This document shows, in pieces, positions 43,812 to 54,716 of a stretch of DNA of 64,000 nt. Each line of letters starts with the position of its first letter. Positions within the stretch are counted from its first letter, which is position 1. The notes beneath the pieces are model-generated. The model made no database searches. It saw nothing but the letters and a program-made list of their open reading frames with translations, and was not told the DNA's origin. The stretch is from NCBI GenBank assembly GCA_029881335.1, contig JAOUMU010000002.1, forward strand, positions 1 through 64,000, written 5' to 3'. Position numbers and translations under genes: made by a program. The stretch comes from Nitrospinota bacterium (lineage in GTDB: Bacteria > Nitrospinota_A > UBA7883).

Positions 43812-45074
43812 TTAATCAATCCCGCCCGCTTTCTTGAATGGCAGAACGTCCGCGCCACCTTTTCGCCCGGCCCGTGTAAGGATTGCGTCCGTTATCCTTT
43901 GCATGGGCGCCCTTAGCCTTTCCGCGTCGTGAACTATATAGCCCTCCGTCACGTCTCCGGCCTGCTTGTGGTTCAATAATCGCTTCAAAGCGTATCCGCT
44001 TATGTCCAGGCTTTCCGCCACCGTGGCGAATGTCCGCCGCAAGTCATGGACAGTAAACTTCACCCCAGATATGGCTGTTATCTTCTTCATTTGGCGCCGG
44101 GGCTCCATAAGGTGGCCGGTTTTGCTTCTATCTGGGAATACATATTCACTTGATAGGTTCGCACCACGGCGCCGGTCCAGCATTTCATAAACCATATCGC
44201 TCATGGGCAAGGTTAGCGGCTGGCTGTTCTTTGTGTCCGTTATGGTGAAGGTCTTTTCTGCCATATCAACATCGGCCCATTTCAAATGGGCCGCCTCTTG
44301 CCGTCTTAATCCCGTAAAGAGAATCAATTCCAGATAATCCGGGACAACTTCCGTTGTCTTTGTGCTTTCCATCAATTCGCTTCTTAGCGCGTCCAGAGCG
44401 TCAAGAAACACGCCAAGGCTTGAATCCTTAATGTAGGTCCGTTTCCTGTCCACTTTATACCAAGCTCGTGTTTCGGAAAGACGCTTGACGGGATTTACCT
44501 GCAATAGCGGCTGGCCATCGTTTGTTTCGTATTTTGCCATCGCGAAATTGAAAACCGCCCGCAATACCCTCATGGCCTGATTCCCCTGGGCGGGGCCGTG
44601 ATCCTTGGCGATATCAGCATGGCGTTGTTGAATCATGTTCTTAGTAATTCCCCTTACCTGCTTCCCCAGCCAATCGCCAAACCGCTTTTCCACTTGGTAC
44701 CTATAATCAAGAACTGTCCGGGGCTTTAATTGTTTCCGCGCCATCATATATTCATCAAACGCTTCCCTTAACGTCACCTGGGCCGCTCTGGCCGCTTGCT
44801 TTTCCGCCATGGGGTCCACGCCCTGGGTCATTTCCGAAAGCCGTTGTAATGCCATTGAGCGGGCTTGGTCCGGAGTTAATTTCCCATGCTTCCCTAAGGT
44901 AACCCTTACTGAGCGGCCTGATACGCGTGATTGAACAACATACACCTTCCCGGAAGGAACAACCTTTACACCGAAGCCTTGCAAAGCCTTATCCCAATAA
45001 AAGACCGATTTCCCCGGCTCTGTAACGGGGGGAAGACCGTCAACCGCCGATTTTGTGATCTTCATTTTCGCCAT
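43812..45074 (-). CDS. int: tyrosine-type site-specific integrase (P4-like, with an N-terminal DUF4102 arm-binding domain)
   Basis: 420 aa. The N-terminus is GLPPVTEPGKSVFYWDKALQGFGVKVVPSGKVYVVQSRV (Arm-DNA-bind type). The C-terminal catalytic region carries the R...HDLRRTF...Y pattern. Confidence 0.9.
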   Translation of the reverse strand: MAKMKITKSAVDGLPPVTEPGKSVFYWDKALQGFGVKVVPSGKVYVVQSRVSGRSVRVTLGKHGKLTPDQARSMALQRLSEMTQGVDPMAEKQAARAAQVTLREAFDEYMMARKQLKPRTVLDYRYQVEKRFGDWLGKQVRGITKNMIQQRHADIAKDHGPAQGNQAMRVLRAVFNFAMAKYETNDGQPLLQVNPVKRLSETRAWYKVDRKRTYIKDSSLGVFLDALDALRSELMESTKTTEVVPDYLELILFTGLRRQEAAHLKWADVDMAEKTFTITDTKNSQPLTLPMSDMVYEMLDRRRGANLSSEYVFPDRSKTGHLMEPRRQMKKITAISGVKFTVHDLRRTFATVAESLDISGYALKRLLNHKQAGDVTEGYIVHDAERLRAPMQRITDAILTRAGRKGGADVLPFKKAGGID

Positions 45075-45276
45075 TTCCGCCTTGCCTCCGATAATCGGTT
45101 TCTGCTTACTAGAAATCCTAGTAAGCGCCTAGTAAGCGCCGCGTGGAAATATGTAGGGCTGGCTGTACAACCCTGTATAACGGAACATCTTCAAATAATG
45201 GCGTAAATAAAGGCGATTGTCAACTATGTGGATATTTATATCACTGGGTAAAACCCAGTAAACCGGGCCATATTCA

Positions 45277-45320
45277 AATTCCTAATCCGTAGGTCGCAGG
45301 TTCAAATCCTGCCGGGGGTA
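45277..45320 (+). repeat. attR: duplicated 3' 44 bp of tRNA-Arg
   Basis: Exact match to 25795..25838. It is followed by TTTTT instead of CCA. Confidence 0.9.
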
Positions 45321-45782
45321 CTTTTTCTACTGTATACCAAAAACGCCGCTTCTCCTCTCCGCCAATTCTGAAGACGGGGAACACGTAAGCGTTCCTCCAT
45401 GACAGAATCCACTTTCCACGGCGTCCACACCTCCTGCTGGTTAAACAGAAAGTGTAACGCATGACTCCGGTACGATATGTCACCTATGTCTCGGGTAGCT
45501 CAGAGACTCTTTACTCACACAAACGGGATGGTGCGGTCCTCCCCGGCTTATCCGATTTTCCAAGCCGCTGTTGTTCGCGTCCACCCCGATGGCGCAGACT
45601 ACGTGCAGGGCCCTCAAGAAAGAGCGCAACATCCTTTAAACTCCATGATAAATATGGTAGAATCCGCGCATTGCATCTCTGATGCTAGGTGGGGCGAATG
45701 GTTATCCAGGTCAAATGGTATTTCATTGCCGCGAGATTGGCGGCGATCCTCGTAGCCTGTGTGTATAATTATGGATGAAGTC

Positions 45783-46571
45783 ATGAGCAGAAATGCACTC
45801 CTTTATATTCTGGTTGCCATGGTGGCTGTTCCTCTGTTCATTCTGAGCAGTTGCGGAAAGATACAGGACAGGGAGCCTACTGTAGCTCCTGGCGCATCCG
45901 CTGGTCCCGGAACAGACCAGCCTGGGACAGGCCAGCCTGGGACGGGATCTTCCAATTGCGGACCCGACCAGAAGATGGAGAACTACAAGGCTGTGTGGGT
46001 GTATACCAATTGCTCGCCTCCCGCCACCTTGCTGATCAATCCGGATACGGAAAGCGACAATGGGACGCCGCTGAAAACTCTGGATGTAAACCGAGGGATG
46101 ATCTCCTTTCGATATAGCGGCATGCATAATGACATGATCCCCAGCAATCCCACTTTCGCCTTGTTCTTCAAATCCAGGGGTTGGGAAGGTTATGAAGCTA
46201 ACTGGCAGTGGATGACCACGAAGCAGGGGGGCAAGTTCCTGCAGCACAGGCTGGTCTCCCAACGGTTCGATGGCACCTGCGGCAGACGTTATTGTGAGGT
46301 GTGGGAAGCTATAAACGAGTTACAATTCTTCGACGAAACCGATGTATTTCAATGGGACTGCCAGTGGGATACATCCGCCAGTAAAATCGCCTGCGTGGTT
46401 GTGAAGGTTGGCGATCCGAAGATCATGTTCAGCTTGCAGACAGATCCGAAGGGCCCGTTTTTCATCCTGACATACCTGGGCCTGGGCAATGGCGCATACG
46501 ATGGGGACAAGTACCTGGGCTACCAGGGGCAACTATCCGATGTGAAGCTGACTTTCTTCGAGGCCCCCTGA
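45783..46571 (+). CDS. lipoprotein, unknown function
   Basis: The start is set at MSRNALLYILVAMVAVPLFILSSC (signal plus lipobox). A Gly/Pro/Thr-rich linker precedes a Cys- and Trp-rich domain. Confidence 0.55.
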   Translation: MSRNALLYILVAMVAVPLFILSSCGKIQDREPTVAPGASAGPGTDQPGTGQPGTGSSNCGPDQKMENYKAVWVYTNCSPPATLLINPDTESDNGTPLKTLDVNRGMISFRYSGMHNDMIPSNPTFALFFKSRGWEGYEANWQWMTTKQGGKFLQHRLVSQRFDGTCGRRYCEVWEAINELQFFDETDVFQWDCQWDTSASKIACVVVKVGDPKIMFSLQTDPKGPFFILTYLGLGNGAYDGDKYLGYQGQLSDVKLTFFEAP

Positions 46572-47426
46572 GAGATATTTGAAGGCTGTTAAATATCTCC
46601 ATAGACGCTGACAATCCAATGTGAGGCATCAGACTTTTCAATGGTTGTCTGTGTCGTGGCATTTACGATCGGTTGACATTTTCCCCGGAGGCATGGATTT
46701 TTGGATACTATTTTTCCATACACTATCCAGGCGTTTTCTGATTTGACGACCGGCACACATTGCTCGTTACCATCTTTGGATCTGAACGAAATATAGGTCG
46801 TTTGCGGATTGCGCTCCCCGCTGGAGAAGCAACGGTCCTCGTGTCTGGCAGGATAGCTCCACCCAGGTTTCCTCTGGTAAAAAACGCGTATAGATCCTTA
46901 GCCGAAGGAGACGATAGAATCTGGATAGACTGGACCTCTACTGATACCGCAATCTCCGCCGACGCGGAATGCGCCTCCCGCCAATGCGCTGACATGATGG
47001 TTAACACCAGAATAAGCACTGTTCCGCACTTTACACTAAACATCATACTACCTTGGACGGGTAATACCCGAGTGCCATTAGCTACCGCATATCTTATGCC
47101 ATAATATGCTTTCAGTAGACATTATTATATCTAACGGAAAATGGTGGGATTACTAAAGATCGGAAATTCCGGAGAGGTGCAACCAGAAGAGGTGTACTAT
47201 TTATAATAGGACTCGAATCCTAATAGTTAGATATTAATGGGTCCATTATGGTGCTCTGATTCGGGTCTGAAACCTGACTGAACTGGCTGTCATAGAATGA
47301 CTATAGAATGACTATTGATTATGGAAGGCGCCCTGCGCGTCACTGTAAAAGGTTAATAAGATAGGCCTTAGGGCCTTTCTGGTGGGAAATGACTGAAGTG
47401 TGCTGGTCAAACGCCCTCACCCCCCG

Positions 47427-48605
47427 CTACCGCCTCCGGAAAACCACTTCCCCCCCTATCATCGCCATATGACACACCGCCGCCGGGTCCAATGGGTGGC
47501 TGGAGTAGACCGCCACGTCCGCGTCCTTCCCTCGTTCCAGCGTGCCTGCGCGGCGGGCGATCCCCAATGTGGCGGCGGGAGTGGTGGTGATCGCCTTGAA
47601 CACCTCGTCGCGGTGGGCGCCATGGTCGCGCACCAGCTTGATCGCCTCCTGGCGCAGCTCCTGGATGGGAATCACCGGGTGGTCCGTGATCAACGACACG
47701 ATGCACCCGGCCTTTATACAGCGGGAGGCGTTATCGCGCACCAGGTCCTTTAGCTCCACCTTGGAGCGGCCGGTGGTGGATGGGCCAAGGTTCAGCGGTA
47801 TCCTTTTTGCCGCCAGGATGTCGGCTATCTTGTATGCCTCGGTTCCATGCTCGATAACGATTTTCATCCCAAACTCCCCGGCGATCCGCACTGCGGTCAT
47901 GATGTCGTCGGCGCGATGGGCGTGGACTCGGGCCGGTTTCTTCCCGCCGATGACAGCCTGCAGCGCCTCCATCCGCAGGTCCAGCGGCGTTTCGCTTTTT
48001 TTCTTTTTTCTTTTCTCACGATAGTTTTGCGCCTCCACCAGGGCTGTCCGCATCAGGGCTGCGATCCCCATGCGGGTCATGGGAGCCTTTTTCTGGCCAC
48101 CGTACACCCTTTTCGGATTCTCGCCGGTGGCCATCTTCTGGCCGATGTCCTGATCCACGATCATCTCCTCCACTGTGCGACCGCGAGTCTTCACCACGCA
48201 TGCGGCCCCGCCGATCACGTTGCCGGAGCCGGGAGTGATCATGACGGAGGTGACACCATCCGCCCGGGCCTCGGCGAATGCGGGGTCCTCCGGGTCTATG
48301 GAGTCTATGGCGCGCACATGGGGAGTAACGGGGTCTATCATCTCGTTACCATCCTCGCCCATCTCACCGGAACCCTCGGCGTATACGCCCAGATGTGTAT
48401 GAGCGTCTATCAGGCCGGGAGAGGCGGTCATCCCGGTGATGTCGATGGTCTCGTATTCGTTTTGGGGGTACCCGCGTTCGGCCCCGGCGTATTCTATTTT
48501 CCCCTCTTTAATGAGTATCAAACCCTTCTGCGCGATCCCTTTCGGCAGGATGACCGAGCCGCCGCGCAGGGCGATTTTATTTGCTTTAGCTTTCATGTGA
48601 ACCAT
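47427..48605 (-). CDS. amidohydrolase-family metal-dependent hydrolase
   Basis: 392 aa. PGLIDAHTHLG is the HxH metal site. The fold resembles imidazolonepropionase or dipeptidase enzymes. Confidence 0.75.
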   Translation of the reverse strand: MVHMKAKANKIALRGGSVILPKGIAQKGLILIKEGKIEYAGAERGYPQNEYETIDITGMTASPGLIDAHTHLGVYAEGSGEMGEDGNEMIDPVTPHVRAIDSIDPEDPAFAEARADGVTSVMITPGSGNVIGGAACVVKTRGRTVEEMIVDQDIGQKMATGENPKRVYGGQKKAPMTRMGIAALMRTALVEAQNYREKRKKKKSETPLDLRMEALQAVIGGKKPARVHAHRADDIMTAVRIAGEFGMKIVIEHGTEAYKIADILAAKRIPLNLGPSTTGRSKVELKDLVRDNASRCIKAGCIVSLITDHPVIPIQELRQEAIKLVRDHGAHRDEVFKAITTTPAATLGIARRAGTLERGKDADVAVYSSHPLDPAAVCHMAMIGGEVVFRRR

Positions 48606-48738
48606 CTCCCTTTCGTCCGGGTATTGTATCAGGTTAGGGACGGGGATAGGAGAGGGCGACGGCTACTCATAAGGGATCGACAGATACGTACTTACCTCCT
48701 TGGCTGAACAGCCTTGGATTGAATTTTCCAATTAAATA

Positions 48739-49188
48739 TCATCCTCCCATCTTCCTCACCACTTGGGCGACCTTGGCCGCTACCCTCTCCGGTGATTTCA
48801 TGATCGCGCTTTCCCAGATGCGCACAACTTTCCATCCCGCTTTTTTCAGGTTCGCGTTCACTCGCCGATCCCGCTCCATGTTGCGCTTTATCTTCGTCAG
48901 CCAATAGGAACGGTTGCTCACCCCTGCCAGTTGTTCCTCCAGGCTTTTATGTCCCCGCAGTTTCCACTGATTGCCGTGCCAGTAGTCTCCGTCCACAAAC
49001 ACGGCCACCCTGGCGGAGAGGAACAGGATATCCGGTTTCCCCGGGAGAGCGCTCCCCTGGCTGCTCCCCCCCAGCCGGTAGCGCAATCCCATGGCGAACA
49101 GAGCCTTGCGCAGAGCTATCTCCGGTGTAGTATCCCTGCTTTTCACAGCGGCCATGATGGCGCTGACGCTCTTTGTGTCTCTTGGCAT
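48739..49188 (-). CDS. vsr: very-short-patch-repair (Vsr) endonuclease
   Basis: The start is placed at MPRDTKS. The blocks TPEIALRKALFAMGLRYR, PGKPDILF, FVDGDYWHG and GWKVVRIWE are Vsr hallmarks. Confidence 0.8.
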   Translation of the reverse strand: MPRDTKSVSAIMAAVKSRDTTPEIALRKALFAMGLRYRLGGSSQGSALPGKPDILFLSARVAVFVDGDYWHGNQWKLRGHKSLEEQLAGVSNRSYWLTKIKRNMERDRRVNANLKKAGWKVVRIWESAIMKSPERVAAKVAQVVRKMGG

Positions 49189-49274
49189 GGTATAGAAAGG
49201 GTAGCACAAGGGGATGGATGGCTGAATCGTCCGCTGGGGGCGCCGAAGAAGCCACAGACGCAATGCACCGATGT

Positions 49275-50465
49275 TTAGTTGGGGGATTCCTTGACTGGCA
49301 CGGAAAGGGTTCCTCCACCTCGGATAACGACTGCTGTCACGATCATCATCACGAATAGAAACAGAAAGACAGTCGACTCATGCCTGGAGACCAGAAGCCC
49401 CGCGGAGACACCTCCCACGAAGGTGCCCATGAACTGGCTGAAGTTATAGACGCCGATTATCGATCCCTTGTGGGTGGGATCCGCCAGCTTGGAGACAGCG
49501 GAGGGTAATACAGCCTCCAGCACGGAGAAGGCCGTGAAGAAGATGGAGAATCCAGCCAGGGTGTATGGCAAAGTGGTTCCCAACCCCAGGATAAGGTATG
49601 CCACGCATAACGATATCAGCGATCCCGCGATCACGCCCCGGGCCCCGCCAGCATCGGCTTTTTTGGCGGTGAGCATCATGGCCACGGCGCCCATTATGCT
49701 CAGTGGCAGGTATATCTTCCACAGTTGGCTGGTCTCAAACCTCTCCGCGAGCCGGAGGGGAACCACGAAAAAAGTGGCTATCATGGCCATGTTGACCATG
49801 AAGCCGGTCATGTTCAGGCGAAGCAGGTCCGGCTTGGCCGCGTGTTTGATTATCACCCTCGGGTCGAGGGTATTGAATTCGGTTTCGTGGTTATCGGCTT
49901 TCTTTTTTTCCGGCACCAGGAAAAGCGTCACAATCAGGGCCCCAAAGCAAAACAGCACAGCCAGCCAGAAGAGAAACCGGATCCCGGTGGCCCCGGAGAT
50001 GATCGGACCGAAGATCATCCCCATAACGATGCTCCCTCCCACGGAAATCCCCAGAAAGGCCATGGCGGTGCTCCTGTGGGAGGGCTCCGTCAGGTCCGCC
50101 ACCCAGGCGAAGCAGGCGGAGGCGATGGCCCCGCCCCCCTGGAGCATTCGCCCGGCGATGAGAACATATATGTTGTCTGTCAAGGCGCATATGGCGCTAC
50201 CAAACCCGAAAAGAATCAGGCCGAACGCCACCACCTTTTTTCGTCCTATTCGGTCGGAATAATATCCGAATGGAATTTGCAGCATGGCCTGAGTGAATCC
50301 GTATACGCCGAAGGCCAGCCCTGCTAATAGCGCGGAGGAGTGGGGCAACTGCAAGGCGTATATACTGAAAACCGGAATTATCATCGATAGCCCGAGCATA
50401 CGGAGGGCAATCACGCCGGAAAGACCCGCGATCGACTTTTTCTCTAATGAAGTAAAACCAGCCAT
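49275..50465 (-). CDS. MFS transporter
   Basis: 396 aa with 12 predicted TM helices and the MFS motif GYYSDRIGRKK after TM2. Confidence 0.8.
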   Translation of the reverse strand: MAGFTSLEKKSIAGLSGVIALRMLGLSMIIPVFSIYALQLPHSSALLAGLAFGVYGFTQAMLQIPFGYYSDRIGRKKVVAFGLILFGFGSAICALTDNIYVLIAGRMLQGGGAIASACFAWVADLTEPSHRSTAMAFLGISVGGSIVMGMIFGPIISGATGIRFLFWLAVLFCFGALIVTLFLVPEKKKADNHETEFNTLDPRVIIKHAAKPDLLRLNMTGFMVNMAMIATFFVVPLRLAERFETSQLWKIYLPLSIMGAVAMMLTAKKADAGGARGVIAGSLISLCVAYLILGLGTTLPYTLAGFSIFFTAFSVLEAVLPSAVSKLADPTHKGSIIGVYNFSQFMGTFVGGVSAGLLVSRHESTVFLFLFVMMIVTAVVIRGGGTLSVPVKESPN

Positions 50466-50689
50466 AAGTAGATAAATGGAGTATCGGATTTTGGAGACAA
50501 AGGATGTTAACCCGATATGAGGGAAAAGACCATTTAATTTGTTCGTATTTCAGTCTCATCGAGGGCTGATGGAAAGACTCCTTTTCGATAGCGCTCCAGC
50601 CAGGCCGGGCGGAGGCCTGACATTATTGCCCCCTCGCGCAATATTACATGTATACAGGAACCCAACAATATTGCAGGCTGATATGCCGC

Positions 50690-50900
50690 CTGATAAAGAC
50701 TCCCAGGACCGATATGACGCTTTGACTCGCAATCCCAGGGCATTGGCCCACCCACACGGAGCTTTCTGGTCGAACAGCTTAGGGATGGTGGAAGATGCGT
50801 CTGCGCGCTACAGACGTTGGTCAACGCTAATATATCGACTCTGTCACGCCATTTGGCTGCCCTGAGAAGCACCGGTGTTGTTGTTGATTACCTTCATCGG
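50690..50900 (+). pseudogene. degraded ArsR/SmtB-family HTH regulator (frameshifted)
   Basis: The recognition-helix-like NISTLSRHLAALRSTGVVV sits in one frame (ORF 50817..). A possible N-terminal part sits in another frame (ORF 50539..). There is no intact ORF. Confidence 0.3.
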
Positions 50901-51298
50901 CTTTATCTTCTATGCTTTTGCACGGGGTATCCCCTCCTTCCGCGACGGTTCGCGCTCCCCCGGCGATCATGGGGTGGACAAGAGATGGAACTTCCTATCT
51001 AAATACCAATAGCTCTCTCTGTATTGGTTTCGTGGAGAGGAAATCCACGGACCCGGGTTCACACTACCTCGGTTTATTACATTGCTCCTTCAGTGGGATA
51101 GATTTCGGGATGGGTCTATATATGACATTTCTTGCCCTCCGTCCAACAATTTGTGCGATATAAATCACACTTTAACCGCCTCTCTTCTCTTCGCTAGTTA
51201 TGTCGCGGTAACTGCACAAGATACAACGACATATACTCGCCTTTTAGAACGAATTGGCATGATATATGCCTCTATATGGATACAGGAGTATGAATGAG

Positions 51299-51472
51299 AT
51301 GAGACATGGAAGGCATGAGGGAAAGGGAAAACTGAGCCGCAATGCGCTTATGTCCATTTTCCTGGAGGAAGCCCGAAGAATATTGGATGACGACCAATCC
51401 GCCAGATCAGCGGCGGAAGAGGCTATACGCAACTTTTTGCGGAATTATCCGCAAATGTTCGAATCCGACTGA
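51299..51472 (+). CDS. small hypothetical alpha-helical protein (57 aa)
   Basis: An AGGAG at 51284..51288 lies 10 nt before the ATG at 51299. The product is a helical acidic peptide. Speculative. Confidence 0.3.
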   Translation: MRHGRHEGKGKLSRNALMSIFLEEARRILDDDQSARSAAEEAIRNFLRNYPQMFESD

Positions 51473-51675
51473 CGGCTTGATATGGGCGGGCAGACGAGCC
51501 ATGGGAGAAAAACCTTTGGGGTTTGCTGACTGGGCAGGCAGGGCCAACCCACCCCCGATTCCGCGGCCGTGACATCCCCGGAAGAGGAGACCTTCATATA
51601 CGGTGCGAACCGAGGATACCGACATGCAACCATGTCTAGCGGCAAAGCCGCTCCAGCGCGCCCCACGCGGTGGAG

Positions 51676-52005
51676 TCAGACCACCTTGCGGACCAACGCC
51701 ATGTCCTCTTCCGATGGCTCAATGAACTCGACACCGATCTCGATAGTACCATCGTCGTTTTTATGGTAGTGGGCCAGCTTCCCCTTTATCCGGACCACAT
51801 CATCCTCAATTCCCAATGCGACATTTATGGGAATCTCGAAAGGCATGGCGGCGGGAAGCTCCATCAGAATACCCCCTTCGGATACGTTGATGGACCTGCC
51901 CATGCTCGGTGTGCCCTGGGCGCCACCCTCGGTGAACGGGGTCACCTCGGTAAACAGCAGCTTGGCCACTCTCTGGCTTTTTCTGGTCTTGCTCATTGCT
52001 TTCAT
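51676..52005 (-). CDS. PilZ-domain c-di-GMP-binding protein
   Basis: 109 aa with RKSQR (RxxxR) and NVSEGG (D/NxSxGG), the PilZ signature motifs. Confidence 0.75.
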   Translation of the reverse strand: MKAMSKTRKSQRVAKLLFTEVTPFTEGGAQGTPSMGRSINVSEGGILMELPAAMPFEIPINVALGIEDDVVRIKGKLAHYHKNDDGTIEIGVEFIEPSEEDMALVRKVV

Positions 52006-52204
52006 TCACTCCACCTCCTTAACAGACCCACTTCTACGTATAATATTGGTCTAATCCACCAGATATGATTATATATTATAAAAAGTCTCCCATGTACCAA
52101 GGGCATGGGATGACGTGGCGATCAAGGATTCCTTGCGCCTGGCTTCAATGGTTCCAGGAGCAAGCTGCGGAATTATGCTCAAAAAGCTATCCGGGGCGCC
52201 ATCT

Positions 52205-53065
52205 TCACTTGGCGGAGCCGGCTTTTTCTTCTAGTTTATCAGTCAGTTTGACGAAATTCTCTGGTGTGAGGGGGAATCCGAATTTCTCCACCAGGTCGGC
52301 CCCCGGTGAATGAAGAAAGTTATCGATCTTCTTCTTCAGATCGAAAGGCGCGGATTTGTCCAGCATGTAGTGGCTTAGAAAATTGGCAAAATGCACTATG
52401 GTGGAAAGCTCCTGACTCTTGTCATCTTCCCAGGGATTGTGGTGGAATCTGATGCCACCGACCAAAGCTGGAGGAAGACCCCATTTCTCCAGTATCCTCG
52501 CCCCGACCTCGGCGTGGGTGGCGCCGAACTCCGATTTCTCCAGCTCCCATATATCCTTGTCCTCGCTGGAGGTTTGGGAGACCAAGCCTGAAAAGGATCC
52601 CCAAAAGGAACGGGACAGCAGCAAAAAACCCACATCGTGGATAAGACCCGCCAAGTAGAACATGGCGCTGTCGCTCTGACCCATCTCCTCGGCCAGAACC
52701 CTGGCCACCTGCCCGGTGAGCACACTATGATCCCGCATGCGAATCAGATACACATAGCCGTCGTCGGCTCCGGTGGAAAAGTAGCTGGAGGTGGCCGATT
52801 TCATGACCAGTTCCGCCAGTTCCTTGATGTTCAGGATTTCCGACGCCTGGTTGATAGAGCTAACGGCGCCAGCGCGTCCGTTCTCCGGGGAGTTGGCCAC
52901 TTTCATCACGTTTGCGGCAATGGCGGGATCCCGCTCGATGATGGAAACCATATCCCGGAACATGAAAGCGCTGCTGTTGGCAAGTTCAATAAGTTCCAAG
53001 GCCGCATCCGGCAGGATGGGAAAAGAGACCAAATCAGAAATGGCCTTTTCAAGCTGCTCGTTCAA
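52205..53065 (-). CDS. HDOD-domain signalling protein
   Basis: 286 aa with an HD-related output domain pattern (VMKVANSP..., HDVGFLLL). Confidence 0.75.
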   Translation of the reverse strand: MNEQLEKAISDLVSFPILPDAALELIELANSSAFMFRDMVSIIERDPAIAANVMKVANSPENGRAGAVSSINQASEILNIKELAELVMKSATSSYFSTGADDGYVYLIRMRDHSVLTGQVARVLAEEMGQSDSAMFYLAGLIHDVGFLLLSRSFWGSFSGLVSQTSSEDKDIWELEKSEFGATHAEVGARILEKWGLPPALVGGIRFHHNPWEDDKSQELSTIVHFANFLSHYMLDKSAPFDLKKKIDNFLHSPGADLVEKFGFPLTPENFVKLTDKLEEKAGSAK

Positions 53066-53382
53066 CTCACGCTCCTAGGAGGTAAACAGTCTTAACTTAA
53101 TTTTTTCGACGCTTCCCGCATTTCCCAATTACTTCCAGGTCAAGCGCCCTTTCAACTTCAACGGGGTGAACAGCTGGGGATATCGTGTCTCCACCCGGTT
53201 TTAATACCCTACTCGTTGTATTTTAACATATTTGCTATATATCGCCTACAAGCAAAAGCGGCGGAACCACGGGAGCTGCCCTTGCCGAGAACCACAGCCC
53301 AACCATAAAACCGCCACGGTGGGAACCGCCACGGCGGGAACCATCGCGACTGACACCATGGCCCCCATTCCCCTCTCGTCTG

Positions 53383-53565
53383 TTAAAACAGTGTGTATAT
53401 AAACGGCGCCACAACCGAACTTTCTGTCAGAATGATCAACGCGCCAAGGGCCAAAAGGGATATTATCACCGGCAAAAGCATCAGCTTTTTGCGGACTTGC
53501 ATATACTCCCAGAACTCCTGCAAATCGCTATTCGGTTCTTGCTTGTCTTCTTCCATATTTTCCAT
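53383..53565 (-). CDS. DUF5989-like small membrane protein
   Basis: From MENMEED the product ...EFWEYMQVRKKLMLLPVIISLLALGALIILTESSVVAPFIYTLF matches a widely conserved small membrane protein family as recalled. Confidence 0.55.
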   Translation of the reverse strand: MENMEEDKQEPNSDLQEFWEYMQVRKKLMLLPVIISLLALGALIILTESSVVAPFIYTLF

Positions 53566-53696
53566 TATTGACCTCCGTTTACAATTTACCACAGTCCCAC
53601 GCCTTTTCAAAGCCGCCATGGCTACCCCTTTTCATCACCGCATCTCTTTGTCATAATGGTCATAATCCGAAACAAATTAAATCCGACTACAGCGCA

Positions 53697-54311
53697 ATGA
53701 CACTACAAGCGGCTTTCTGGTTCCCCCGATATAGACTTCCCGCGCCGATCACCCGGAAGCGTTTCTACATTATCTTTGCCCTATCCATGGCGCTGGTCAT
53801 GATGGCCGCCGTCACGTTCATGAGCGGCGCCTCGAAACAGGAGATCACCACGGCCAACGGTTTCACCTGGTGGGAGAGGGGCGCCGAAAAGCCGCTGCTC
53901 GATTCACCAGCGCTGCCACATTCATTTATCTGGCCCATAACAAGAGTAGATGTTTCATCCCCATTTGGCATACGAGATGGGCAATGGCATAGAGGAGTTG
54001 ACCTGCGCGGGCCAAAAGGGACCCCAATCCTGGCGGCGGCAGGGGGAGCGGTGGTCTATTCCGGCATGGGTGAGGCAGGTTATGGTAATACAGTCATCAT
54101 CGACCATGGAGAGGGCGTTCAGACTCTCTATTCCCATAATAATCGCAACGTATTCAGGGCTGGGGCCATCGTCCCCAAAGGCGAGACCATCGCCTACGTC
54201 GGCAAGACCGGAGCCGCCACAGGATATCATGTCCACTTCGAAATCCGACTGGCCGGCCGCCCCCTGGACCCCGCAAAGCTGTTGCCCCCATTGCACTCCA
54301 GCAAGCCTTGA
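53697..54311 (+). CDS. M23-family (LytM-like) peptidase
   Basis: The start is at MTLQAAF. The HxxxD and HxH zinc-site pattern GVDL...GYHVHFEIR plus a TM anchor are present. Confidence 0.8.
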   Translation: MTLQAAFWFPRYRLPAPITRKRFYIIFALSMALVMMAAVTFMSGASKQEITTANGFTWWERGAEKPLLDSPALPHSFIWPITRVDVSSPFGIRDGQWHRGVDLRGPKGTPILAAAGGAVVYSGMGEAGYGNTVIIDHGEGVQTLYSHNNRNVFRAGAIVPKGETIAYVGKTGAATGYHVHFEIRLAGRPLDPAKLLPPLHSSKP

Positions 54312-54716
54312 GTATTACCTGACGCTGATCCGACCCGTCATAACCTTCCTCCCATCGGCTATCCCAAGTCCGCATCGGGTGAAACACCCTGCGGTTTCCT
54401 TTGTCAAGTTCGGATGAAAAGCTCGAAACAATCGGGACATAGCCAACACAATACGTACCATGACATGAGATGATCCGTGACATAAGGTGCTGGCATACCC
54501 GGTTGGTTTATCTCCTTTTTTGCACAATAATTGAATTTGTTTGCTTAAGTGAAGAAATGATATAAGATCAGACTCACAAGGGGAATTCCGGGTAAGTTTG
54601 GATAATTGCGCCTTGTATTCAATGCGCATGTTGTAATTTATCGCATCGGCGGCAGATAGGCGATTGTGTGGGGCCATGCCGTGTCGTTGGATGCGGCCTT
54701 ACCACAGGAGATGACC

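Noticed and set aside
45470-45540. tRNA-like fragment (GGGTAGCTCAGAG...)
   Set aside because: A D-arm-like string is present, but no complementary D-stem, anticodon arm or acceptor pairing can be drawn.
46723-47046. 107-aa minus-strand ORF with a signal-peptide-like N-terminus
   Set aside because: It overlaps a plus-strand ORF of similar size and has no recognisable family. Coding status is undecidable from sequence, so it is not listed as a feature.
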